Positions 10,655 to 18,145 of a stretch of DNA of 64,000 nucleotides are shown here, piece by piece. Where the stretch lies: NCBI GenBank assembly GCA_013152085.1, contig JAADHC010000022.1:64345-128344 (forward strand). Reading direction: 5' to 3'. The position numbers were made by a program, and so were the translations under genes. Origin of the DNA: Chlorobiota bacterium. GTDB taxonomy: Bacteria; Bacteroidota; Bacteroidia; Bacteroidales; VadinHA17. Below the pieces are notes generated by a model. It was not told where the DNA came from, searched no databases, and saw nothing but the letters and a program-made list of their open reading frames with translations. How positions within the stretch are numbered: the first letter of the stretch is position 1; every line of letters starts with the position of its first letter.

Positions 10655-10678
10655 TATAATGAACATATGTTCATTATA
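10655..10678. promoter_or_regulatory. Perfect 24-bp palindrome TATAATGAACAT|ATGTTCATTATA (operator candidate)
   Basis: Verified base by base to be its own reverse complement. Lies in the gpmA / DUF5320 divergent region. Its right arm overlaps the TATATTTG -7 box. A third half-site-like copy, ATGTTTCATTAT, lies about 20 nt downstream. Confidence 0.5.
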
Positions 10679-10682
10679 TTTG
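10675..10682 (+). promoter_or_regulatory. -7 promoter box TATATTTG for the DUF5320 gene
   Basis: Exact TAnnTTTG match 45 nt upstream of ATG 10727. Overlaps the palindrome. Confidence 0.35.
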
Positions 10683-10726
10683 CAAAAGAAAAAATATGTT
10701 TCATTATTCTTAAAAAGGAGGTAATT

Positions 10727-11056
10727 ATGCCACTTGGAGACAAAACAGGACCAGAAGGACGTGGTCCGATGACAGGTCGTGGATTTGGATTTTGTGCCGG
10801 ATACAGGCACCAGGGATATATGCATGGTGTATCCGCCGGCCTGGGGCGTAGCTTCGGATATGGCAGAGGGTATGGCCGTGGTTACAAATGGGGTTTTGGA
10901 GCAGGTTATACCGGTCATTATCCGGAAGATTTTTTTCCGGCCGAAACGGAAAAATCGTTTCTGGAGAATGAAATCAGGTATCTGGAAAGACGCCGGAAGG
11001 ACATTCACAAAAGACTGGATGAATTGAATCAGGAGGATAAAAAAAATGAATCCTGA
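10727..11056 (+). CDS. DUF5320 domain-containing protein
   Basis: 109 aa from the internal ATG. Gly/Arg-rich N-terminus MPLGDKTGPEGRGPMTGRGFGFCAGY plus a C-terminal coiled coil, as in DUF5320. Preceded by a strong AAGGAGGT (10715-10722). The upstream part of tracked ORF 10376.. is antisense to gpmA. Confidence 0.7.
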   Translation: MPLGDKTGPEGRGPMTGRGFGFCAGYRHQGYMHGVSAGLGRSFGYGRGYGRGYKWGFGAGYTGHYPEDFFPAETEKSFLENEIRYLERRRKDIHKRLDELNQEDKKNES

Positions 11057-11114
11057 CAGGAATGGATGTTTTAATTAGCAGGTCGTGTGATTCAGTTGGG
11101 TTAGTAGAAAGCAA

Positions 11115-11143
11115 GCCGGCATTTACGTGCCGGCCTGTTTTTT
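11115..11143 (+). terminator. Rho-independent terminator
   Basis: GCCGGCA-tttacg-TGCCGGC stem-loop followed by CTGTTTTTT, 59 nt after the DUF5320 stop. Confidence 0.7.
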
Positions 11144-11165
11144 AGCGTAAATTGAAAAACAGGAT

Positions 11166-11279
11166 ATGAAGATTGCTGTTGCCAGTGGAAAAGGGGGTAC
11201 CGGGGAAACGACAATTTCGGTAAATATAGTGGGTTTTTTAAGAGATGTTGCCGGAAGACAAAAGTATGTTGAAAATTAA
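11166..11279 (+). pseudogene. 37-aa stub of a MinD/Mrp-type P-loop ATPase (remnant)
   Basis: MKIAVASGKGGTGETTISVNIVGFLRDVAGRQKYVEN*. This is the N-terminus of the ATPases that normally accompany DUF5320, but the Walker A Lys is Glu (GKGGTGETT versus GKGGTGKTT). The frame stops after 37 codons. Confidence 0.6.
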
Positions 11280-11358
11280 AGAGGCCATTCAACTATTTCT
11301 GTCTGAAGACCATTGCCGTTCCTGATATGAAGGGGGATTGAAGGGATACAGAAAGTGT

Positions 11359-11366
11359 TACCTTTG
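11359..11366 (+). promoter_or_regulatory. -7 promoter box TACCTTTG
   Basis: Exact TAnnTTTG match 21 nt upstream of ATG 11387. Confidence 0.4.
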
Positions 11367-11386
11367 TATTTAAAAATATTTAGTGT

Positions 11387-12031
11387 ATGGAAAAGCTATA
11401 TCCCGATTCTGAAGTAGAATTAACACCTTTTACGGCAAAGCATTATGACAAGCTTTTAAATGTAGCAACCCTTGGTTTTTACCGGGGATTTATTCGTCGT
11501 GCTATTGCTGCCATGCAAATCGGACCTGATGATCAAATCCTTGATATGGGTTGTGGCACAGGCCGGAATGCATGCCTGATGTATAAATATCTTAAAACAG
11601 GGAAGGTTACCGGGCTTGATATTTCGGAGATTATGGAAAAACAATTTATCCGTAAATGTGTCGGACCCAAAGGTGCTGAATTTAGCAGGCAACGTATTGA
11701 TATACCTTTTGATCTGGACAGAAAATTTGACAGGGTATTTATCAGTTTTGTCCTGCATGGATTTCCGCATGAGATCAGAGGAATTGTCATTAATAATGCA
11801 GCTGGCCATCTAAAGGAAAATGGTGTTTTTCATATTCTGGATTATGCCGAATTTGACCTTGAAGCTGCCCCGGCTTATGCGCGGATTCCGTTTAAAAAGA
11901 TTGAATGTCCGTATGCCTTTGATTATATAGAGAAAGAGTGGAAGGAAATCCTGAAAAAGAGTGGATTCAGGGAATTTGAAGAGCAATATTTTATGAAAGG
12001 ATATGTAAGATTACTTTCAGCAAGGTTGTAA
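11387..12031 (+). CDS. Class I SAM-dependent methyltransferase
   Basis: 214 aa. Motif I ILDMGCGTGRN, then VTGLDIS and VFISFVLHGF. Confidence 0.8.
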   Translation: MEKLYPDSEVELTPFTAKHYDKLLNVATLGFYRGFIRRAIAAMQIGPDDQILDMGCGTGRNACLMYKYLKTGKVTGLDISEIMEKQFIRKCVGPKGAEFSRQRIDIPFDLDRKFDRVFISFVLHGFPHEIRGIVINNAAGHLKENGVFHILDYAEFDLEAAPAYARIPFKKIECPYAFDYIEKEWKEILKKSGFREFEEQYFMKGYVRLLSARL

Positions 12032-12053
12032 ATATTCTGATAATCTTAAGAAA

Positions 12054-12257
12054 ATGCCGCGTATTGAGCCTTTTAACCTGTTTCCGCATGAATACAAAGC
12101 ATGGTTTGAAAAATACCATATTGCTTATCAGCCGGAATTGAATACCATCCGGAACCTGATACCCCGGGAGGAGAAGGGATTGAGATTGGCATCGGAGATA
12201 CCAGAGAGTTCGGAGAAACTTATGATGCCATTCGCGATGGCTATCCTATTATATTAA
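12054..12257 (+). pseudogene. N-terminal fragment of a second SAM-dependent methyltransferase (truncated remnant)
   Basis: The 67-aa ORF begins like the family ..FPHEYKAWFEKYHIAYQPELNTIRNLIP... A shifted frame reads GIEIGIG (motif I) at 12176-12196 and then loses all similarity. No methyltransferase body follows. Confidence 0.45.
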
Positions 12258-12281
12258 TACTTTTATTAACAACTGAAAAAG

Positions 12282-13232
12282 ATGAAAGCATTTGGACCGA
12301 TTCCATCGAGAAGGCTTGGGAAAAGTTTGGGAATAAACAATATCCCACCAAAAATATGTTCATATTCCTGTGTTTACTGCCAGTTGGGGAAAGCCATTAT
12401 TATGGATACCGAACGGCAATTTTATTTCGATCCGGATGAGCTGGTTTCAGAAGTGAAGGATAAAATCCGGCAGGTGAATGATGCCGGAGAAACCATTGAT
12501 TACCTTACTTTTGTGCCGGATGGTGAACCGACACTGGATATAAACCTCGGGAAAGAGATCAGGGCGTTGAAAAATACGGGAATTAAAGTTGCAGTGATTA
12601 CCAACAGCAGTCTGCTATGGCGCGAGGATGTACGGGAAGACCTGTCAGCAGCCGACTGGGTATCGGTAAAAGTGGATTCGGTGCTCCCGGATAACTGGAA
12701 AAAAACGGATTGCCCGCATAAAACCCTTGACCTGAATAAAATCAGAAAAGGAATTCTTGATTTTGCAGATATATACCAGGGTAAACTGGTAACCGAAACA
12801 ATGCTGGTCAAAGGATACAATGACGATCCGCAGTCCATTCTCATGACAGCCACCTGCCTGGAAAAGGTGTATCCTGATGTTGCCTATATCGGAATTCCCA
12901 CACGACCGCCGGCAGTACCAACGGCTGAACCGGCAGGCGAGGAAGCCATCAATCTCGCATATCAGGAATTCAGCAGAATGGTGCCTCATGTCGAACTGAT
13001 ACTGGGCTACGAAGGCAATGCTTTTGCATATACCGGGAATATCGAAGAGGATATTCTCAGTATTACGGCAGTGCACCCCATGCGCCGCGAGGCTGTTGAA
13101 GAAATGCTCAGAAAAGCTGAGCTTGACTGGTCGGTGATTGATCAGTTGATCAGGCAGGAAAAAATCAGTGAAGTTGATTTTAACGGGCATCATTTTTATA
13201 TGCGGAAACTGAAGAAAGACCTTTCGGTTTAA
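12282..13232 (+). CDS. Radical SAM protein (COG0731/TYW1-like architecture)
   Basis: 316 aa. CxxxCxxC cluster site CSYSCVYCQLG right after GPIPSRRLGKSLGIN. Specific function unknown. Confidence 0.8.
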   Translation: MKAFGPIPSRRLGKSLGINNIPPKICSYSCVYCQLGKAIIMDTERQFYFDPDELVSEVKDKIRQVNDAGETIDYLTFVPDGEPTLDINLGKEIRALKNTGIKVAVITNSSLLWREDVREDLSAADWVSVKVDSVLPDNWKKTDCPHKTLDLNKIRKGILDFADIYQGKLVTETMLVKGYNDDPQSILMTATCLEKVYPDVAYIGIPTRPPAVPTAEPAGEEAINLAYQEFSRMVPHVELILGYEGNAFAYTGNIEEDILSITAVHPMRREAVEEMLRKAELDWSVIDQLIRQEKISEVDFNGHHFYMRKLKKDLSV

Positions 13233-13443
13233 TTTTATGAAACGAACATGAACTGGGCGAAGCGATATCAAGAATGAAATGAATAAAATATTTTGCATGA
13301 ATAATTAGTAAAATATTTTAAACGTTTGAAAAATATAAAAAAACTTTTTGCCCGTTCGGAAGATGTTTGTGTGTTTGATGATAGAGAATCCTGGAAATAA
13401 ACCCGGAAGATTCAGCGGCTGGAAAACACATCCTTTATCCTTC

Positions 13444-13821
13444 TCACCTCGTTTCCCTGATCTCTCTGCCAAAGGGTGTCAGGCTGACAGCAGCAAGCTT
13501 GATATGCTGCCGCGCAAATGGAATTCCGATAATAGTTATGGACAGTAAAATGGCAAGGATCAGATGGGAGAGGGCAATCCACAGCCCTCCAATGAGAATC
13601 CATAAAACATTCATAATAACAGCCAGACAGCCGTTTGCTCTTTCGGTTTGCACTGCTTCACGGCCGAAAGGCCACAAAGCCAGACTGGCCATTTTCAATG
13701 TCTGCAGCCCGAAAGGAATACCAATGATGGTAATCATCAGCAGGATACTTGATACCAGATATTCGAGGGCCATCAGAAACCCGCCGAAGATCAGCCAGAT
13801 TAAATTTCCCAATGTATTCAT
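13444..13821 (-). CDS. yccF: YccF family inner membrane protein (two DUF307 repeats)
   Basis: 125 aa from the internal ATG 13819-13821. Duplicated IIGIPFG..K.A...L.PFGRE repeat. 28 nt downstream of the C69 dipeptidase gene. Confidence 0.75.
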   Translation of the reverse strand: MNTLGNLIWLIFGGFLMALEYLVSSILLMITIIGIPFGLQTLKMASLALWPFGREAVQTERANGCLAVIMNVLWILIGGLWIALSHLILAILLSITIIGIPFARQHIKLAAVSLTPFGREIRETR

Positions 13822-13849
13822 ACAATGATTTTTAAAAGATGAGATGGTT

Positions 13850-15493
13850 TTAAAAGTTCCATCTGAATTTAACCCAGAGTTTATCTCCCAGTTCCCACCA
13901 CCGGTTGATGGCTGCCCGGGCAAAATCGTTGGAATATCGTGTCAGATACTCATTACACAAACGGGTTTCTTTGCCTGCTTTGGCATTTTCCACATCCTGA
14001 TTGTACAGTGCAAGTGCTTTTGTCTCTACAGCCATGGTTTCGTCAAAAGCTTTGTCTTCAAAAGCTTTGACTTCAGGCTCGATGATCTCTTTTCCTTCTC
14101 CCCACTTCACCATGGCCAACCGGTTTGCCCTTCGGAAGGCCCACAAAGCAGATCTGGTTGTAAACTGGTCCTGTCCGCAGATCAGAAAAGATTCCGGGAC
14201 AGATAAGTTACCGGCATAGAAGGGAATTCGCGGGCTTAAACGGGGTATATCGAAGCTGAACCATAACCTTCCGCCAATGGCATCCGGCATTCCTTCGCGC
14301 AGTTGCACGATCCAGGAATAGGCACAATATTGTACGGCAATGGGCCGGTCGCGCTTAACGACCCCTTTTTTCAAACTATTCAGCAATTCCCTTTTATCGC
14401 GGGAAAGCCAGGGGTGTGCTGCCGGACTGATAATGGTATCGGTATGCAGGCTGTCCTGTTTATCACGAAAGGTGTTGGGTACTTTCAGGTTCCGGATCAT
14501 TTCCCACTCCGTTCCGTCGTATGTGCTCCTGTAAAATGCGAGAATGTCACGTATATCCACTTTCTTTTCCGGTTTGACAGAAAAAGGAAGCTCATCGCTG
14601 TTAATATCCAGATCGAGTGACGGCGCCAGGGTACTTAAAACAAAGTATTCCCGTATTGAAAACGGTTTTCTGGAATTTCCGTAAGCTTTCCAGAACTTAA
14701 AAGGTTGCTTTCCATCCCAATATCCCATTTTCCGGGCAACATCAAATACATTTTCCGATGCCATAAAATAGTCTTTATTTTTCAGGTCGATGATTCCGAT
14801 CCTGGCAATATTGGCTGCTATGCCAACATGGTTATCCGGAATGCGTTGTGCAGCCCATACACCGCCAACTTTATCGGGTCCCTCACCTGTAATCTCCATC
14901 TGCCAGACTTCTTTGGTGTCGGCTATCGTAATACACTCACCATAATCACCGTAACCATAGTTGCGGATCAGATCACCAATGAGCCTGATGGCCTCACGGG
15001 CATTGGTACATCTCTCCAGTGCAATCCTTTCCAGTTCTTCGATAAGGAACAGACCTTTCTTATTCCGTAAATCCCGTTTACCGCCAAAAGTGGTTTCTCC
15101 AATAGCCAGTTGCTTTTCATTGAGGCAGGGGTAAGCTGTATTAATATAGGCGTAAGTATGTTTGATTTCCGGAATCTCACCCATTTTAACCATTCCGTTT
15201 TGACTCCATACATCGCGGGTATGTAAGGTACCCCAATAAACAGGATGCATTTCATCAGCCTGGTGATCTGCTGCAGGTATGATATTGAGCCAGGTACGGT
15301 AGTAAGCGTCGCATGTGTGACTGGTAATTACGGAACCATCGGCACTCGCTGCGCGTCCTACCATTATACTGGTACAGTCGTCATCCGGTGTCGTGACGGA
15401 AGGAGATGTAATTTGATCCTGTCCAGAAAGTAATGATACCGGCAGTATAAGACAAGTCGTGAAGGACAAAATATTTTTTTTCAGGCGATTCAT
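13850..15493 (-). CDS. C69 family dipeptidase (secreted)
   Basis: 547 aa. Signal peptide followed by the nucleophile context DDDCTSIMVGRAASADGSV typical of peptidase C69. Confidence 0.8.
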   Translation of the reverse strand: MNRLKKNILSFTTCLILPVSLLSGQDQITSPSVTTPDDDCTSIMVGRAASADGSVITSHTCDAYYRTWLNIIPAADHQADEMHPVYWGTLHTRDVWSQNGMVKMGEIPEIKHTYAYINTAYPCLNEKQLAIGETTFGGKRDLRNKKGLFLIEELERIALERCTNAREAIRLIGDLIRNYGYGDYGECITIADTKEVWQMEITGEGPDKVGGVWAAQRIPDNHVGIAANIARIGIIDLKNKDYFMASENVFDVARKMGYWDGKQPFKFWKAYGNSRKPFSIREYFVLSTLAPSLDLDINSDELPFSVKPEKKVDIRDILAFYRSTYDGTEWEMIRNLKVPNTFRDKQDSLHTDTIISPAAHPWLSRDKRELLNSLKKGVVKRDRPIAVQYCAYSWIVQLREGMPDAIGGRLWFSFDIPRLSPRIPFYAGNLSVPESFLICGQDQFTTRSALWAFRRANRLAMVKWGEGKEIIEPEVKAFEDKAFDETMAVETKALALYNQDVENAKAGKETRLCNEYLTRYSNDFARAAINRWWELGDKLWVKFRWNF

Positions 15494-15662
15494 AACAGGA
15501 TCGTTTTTAAGGTTATTCGGAAAATGACAGAGATCCGGATAAAAATAGCCTGTAAAATTTATAAAAACAAGGAAAATCGTTTTACAGCACCTTTTCTGAG
15601 TTAAATTGCATGACTGTTGAGTTTAGGATAATCAAACGGGGAAAGGGACTCACCAGGGAAAA

Positions 15663-15686
15663 TAAAATATTTTGTAAAATATTTTG
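15663..15686. repeat. Exact tandem duplication of the 12-mer TAAAATATTTTG (core AAAATATTTT is palindromic)
   Basis: Read directly at 15663-15674 and 15675-15686, 50 nt upstream of the kinase ATG 15736. The same 12-mer occurs at 13284-13295. The variant ending in A occurs at 13309-13320 and 32442-32453. Confidence 0.6.
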
Positions 15687-15735
15687 GAAGCGGAGGGAGA
15701 AGAAACTAATTTTAAGGGTTTTTTGAGACAAGCTG

Positions 15736-18138
15736 ATGAATATAAAAGAGGAGATCGTATTTCCTGATCATATATTCCTTTTACCTGGTCATTCCGGACT
15801 TGCCAGACTGGATAGCAGGGGAATGATCAGGGAAGGTGATTCTGTATTTGCGTCCCTGCTTCATGGATGTCATATTCAACCGGATAAAGTCAACCTGTTG
15901 GAGTTTCTGGAAAAAAAAGCCGAAAAAATTCCTGGCGAAAGTATCTCCGGAAAGCAAAAAGGGATCTCTCAGCAAAAGATTTACCGTTATCACTATACCG
16001 GGCAAGGGAAAGGAACGGGAAAGAAAATTCTTGATTTCCGGGTTTGTCCTGTTTCAGGTGAAGCATCTCAGGAATATATTGTCAGTGTATCTGATATTAC
16101 CAACATCTGGAAAAAGGAAATATTGCTCCAATTACTTGTGGATATTTCCAATGCTGTTATCCTGTCTCATGATTTGACGGAATTGATCCATGATGTGAGG
16201 GAAGGCCTTGGTAAGATCATGGATACAACCAACTTTTTTGTGGCATTATATAATGAGGAAGATGATTCACTTTCTTTTCCTTTCTTTGATGATGCCATGG
16301 ATCATTTTGAAAAAGTCCCTGCGAAGGGAACCCTTACGGCACATATTCTGCATTCGGGAAAAGCATCCCTTTTGAAAGAAGAAGATTTCCGGTTGCTCCG
16401 GAAGGATGGAAGTGTGGATCTTGTGGGTACTGACTCCAAGGTATGGATGGGGGCGCCCCTGCGTGCAGATGGTGAGGTTTTTGGCGTGATCAGTGTACAA
16501 AATTATGAGGATGAGGATACATATGACGATACGGATAAAGAGATTCTGGATATTGTTGCTTCTCAGATCGGGCTTGCCATAGACCGGAAACGTAAACAGG
16601 AAGATATTTCTGCCGGAAAGACTTATTTTGAAAAGTTATTTCATTATGCTCCGGTACCCATTGTTATTCAAAAGCATCCCGGCATTATTTCTGATGTAAA
16701 TGATGCCTTCGAATCCCTGTTTGGTTATAAAGCCGATGAAGTGATCGGGAAATCTATTGATGAAGTAGTTGTCCCTGAAGAATACCGGGATGAAGGTGTT
16801 GAGATTACGAATAAAGCTTTTTCCGGAGAACTCATTGAACGGGAGGTGTTTAGAAAGCACAGGAATGGCACGCTGCTGCAGGTGGCACTGAAAGCCAAAT
16901 CTTTTCAGATCAGCCCCGGAGAAACCATCGTATATGCTATCTACCAGGATATTTCGCAGAAAAAAGAGTATGAACGAAAACTTGTTGAGGCTAAGAATAA
17001 AGCTGAAGAAGCTGATCGTTTGAAAAGTGCTTTCCTGACCAATATGTCGCACGAGATCCGAACCCCGATGAATGCCATTTTAGGATTCAGTCAGCTGTTG
17101 GCATCAACTGGTATCCCTGTGGGAAATAAGCGGGAGTACACCCGGATCATCCTTGACAGCGGGGAAAACCTGCTTCGTCTGATTGATGATATTCTGGACC
17201 TCGCTAAAATCGAATCAGGACAAATGGAAATCCGTAAGGAAAGTGTGGATGTTGAAGATATGATGAACGCCCTGCAGGCCACATTTCTGGAAATGATAGA
17301 GAAGAAACTGCAAAAAGATCTTGAACTTAAGCTGGTGATACCCAGATCGGCAAATCCCCTGTTATTAAATACGGATCCGCTTCGCCTGAAACAGATCCTG
17401 GTGAATCTGATCGGGAATGCCATCAAATTTACGCAGAAAGGAAAGATCGAAATGGGTTATACCCTGCATGAGGATAAAAACGAAGTCGAGTTCTTCGTGA
17501 AAGACACGGGTATCGGTATTCCTACAAACAAACTGCAGCTGATCTTTGACAGGTTTCAACAGGTAGATAATTCCCGGACACGCCAGTATTCCGGTACGGG
17601 TCTGGGTCTGGCGATATCCAAAAAACTCACCACACTTTTGGGCGGAGATATACGGGTTAATTCGAAAGAAGGGAAAGGATCGGAATTTACCTTTACCATC
17701 CCACTCCCCGGAGAGATAAGAAAACCGGAAATAAAACCGCAGCCTGGAGTTATTACTGATTTTCCCGATTTAAGCCGGTTTAAAGTACTGTTAGCAGAAG
17801 ATGACGAGATCAATTTCCTTTTTATGAGGGAAATCCTGAAAAAAACCGGCGTAAAACTTATCAGGGCAACAAATGGCTTTGAGGTAATGAAATATATCAG
17901 AAAGAATAAGGGTATTGACCTGATCCTGATGGATATGGAGATGCCCGAAATGAACGGATATGAAGCCACGATGCAATTGAAAAAGGATTATCCTCAAATC
18001 CCGGTTATTGCCCAGACAGCTTATGCCTCACCTGAGGAGAAAAATAAATGCCTGGAAACCGGATGTGACGATTATATTGCCAAACCCATACAAATGCACA
18101 AACTTTATACCCTGCTCCGGCAGTATTTAAAAGATTGA
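15736..18138 (+). CDS. Hybrid sensor histidine kinase / response regulator (GAF-PAS-HisKA-HATPase-REC, cytoplasmic)
   Basis: 800 aa. H-box FLTNMSHEIRTPMNAILGF, G-boxes DTGIGI and GTGLGLAISK, C-terminal REC (LLAEDDEINF...LILMDMEMPEMNG). No TM segment. Confidence 0.9.
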   Translation: MNIKEEIVFPDHIFLLPGHSGLARLDSRGMIREGDSVFASLLHGCHIQPDKVNLLEFLEKKAEKIPGESISGKQKGISQQKIYRYHYTGQGKGTGKKILDFRVCPVSGEASQEYIVSVSDITNIWKKEILLQLLVDISNAVILSHDLTELIHDVREGLGKIMDTTNFFVALYNEEDDSLSFPFFDDAMDHFEKVPAKGTLTAHILHSGKASLLKEEDFRLLRKDGSVDLVGTDSKVWMGAPLRADGEVFGVISVQNYEDEDTYDDTDKEILDIVASQIGLAIDRKRKQEDISAGKTYFEKLFHYAPVPIVIQKHPGIISDVNDAFESLFGYKADEVIGKSIDEVVVPEEYRDEGVEITNKAFSGELIEREVFRKHRNGTLLQVALKAKSFQISPGETIVYAIYQDISQKKEYERKLVEAKNKAEEADRLKSAFLTNMSHEIRTPMNAILGFSQLLASTGIPVGNKREYTRIILDSGENLLRLIDDILDLAKIESGQMEIRKESVDVEDMMNALQATFLEMIEKKLQKDLELKLVIPRSANPLLLNTDPLRLKQILVNLIGNAIKFTQKGKIEMGYTLHEDKNEVEFFVKDTGIGIPTNKLQLIFDRFQQVDNSRTRQYSGTGLGLAISKKLTTLLGGDIRVNSKEGKGSEFTFTIPLPGEIRKPEIKPQPGVITDFPDLSRFKVLLAEDDEINFLFMREILKKTGVKLIRATNGFEVMKYIRKNKGIDLILMDMEMPEMNGYEATMQLKKDYPQIPVIAQTAYASPEEKNKCLETGCDDYIAKPIQMHKLYTLLRQYLKD

Positions 18139-18145
18139 TGAATAA

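Noticed and set aside
10655-10678. Reading the palindrome as a LexA (Cheo-type GAAC-N4-GTTC) SOS box
   Set aside because: Neither flanking gene (gpmA, DUF5320) is an SOS function, and that box type belongs to Firmicutes. I report it only as an unassigned operator candidate.
10376-10726. 117-aa N-terminal extension of the DUF5320 ORF
   Set aside because: It runs antisense through gpmA and across the promoter/palindrome region. The DUF5320 signature begins at ATG 10727, just behind a Shine-Dalgarno site.
12645-13298. 217-aa minus-strand ORF
   Set aside because: Antisense to the radical SAM gene, which has a clear CxxxCxxC motif. No recognisable features.
13822-13923. 34-aa N-terminal extension of the yccF ORF
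   Set aside because: It overlaps the 3' end of the C69 dipeptidase gene. The YccF repeat starts at ATG 13821.
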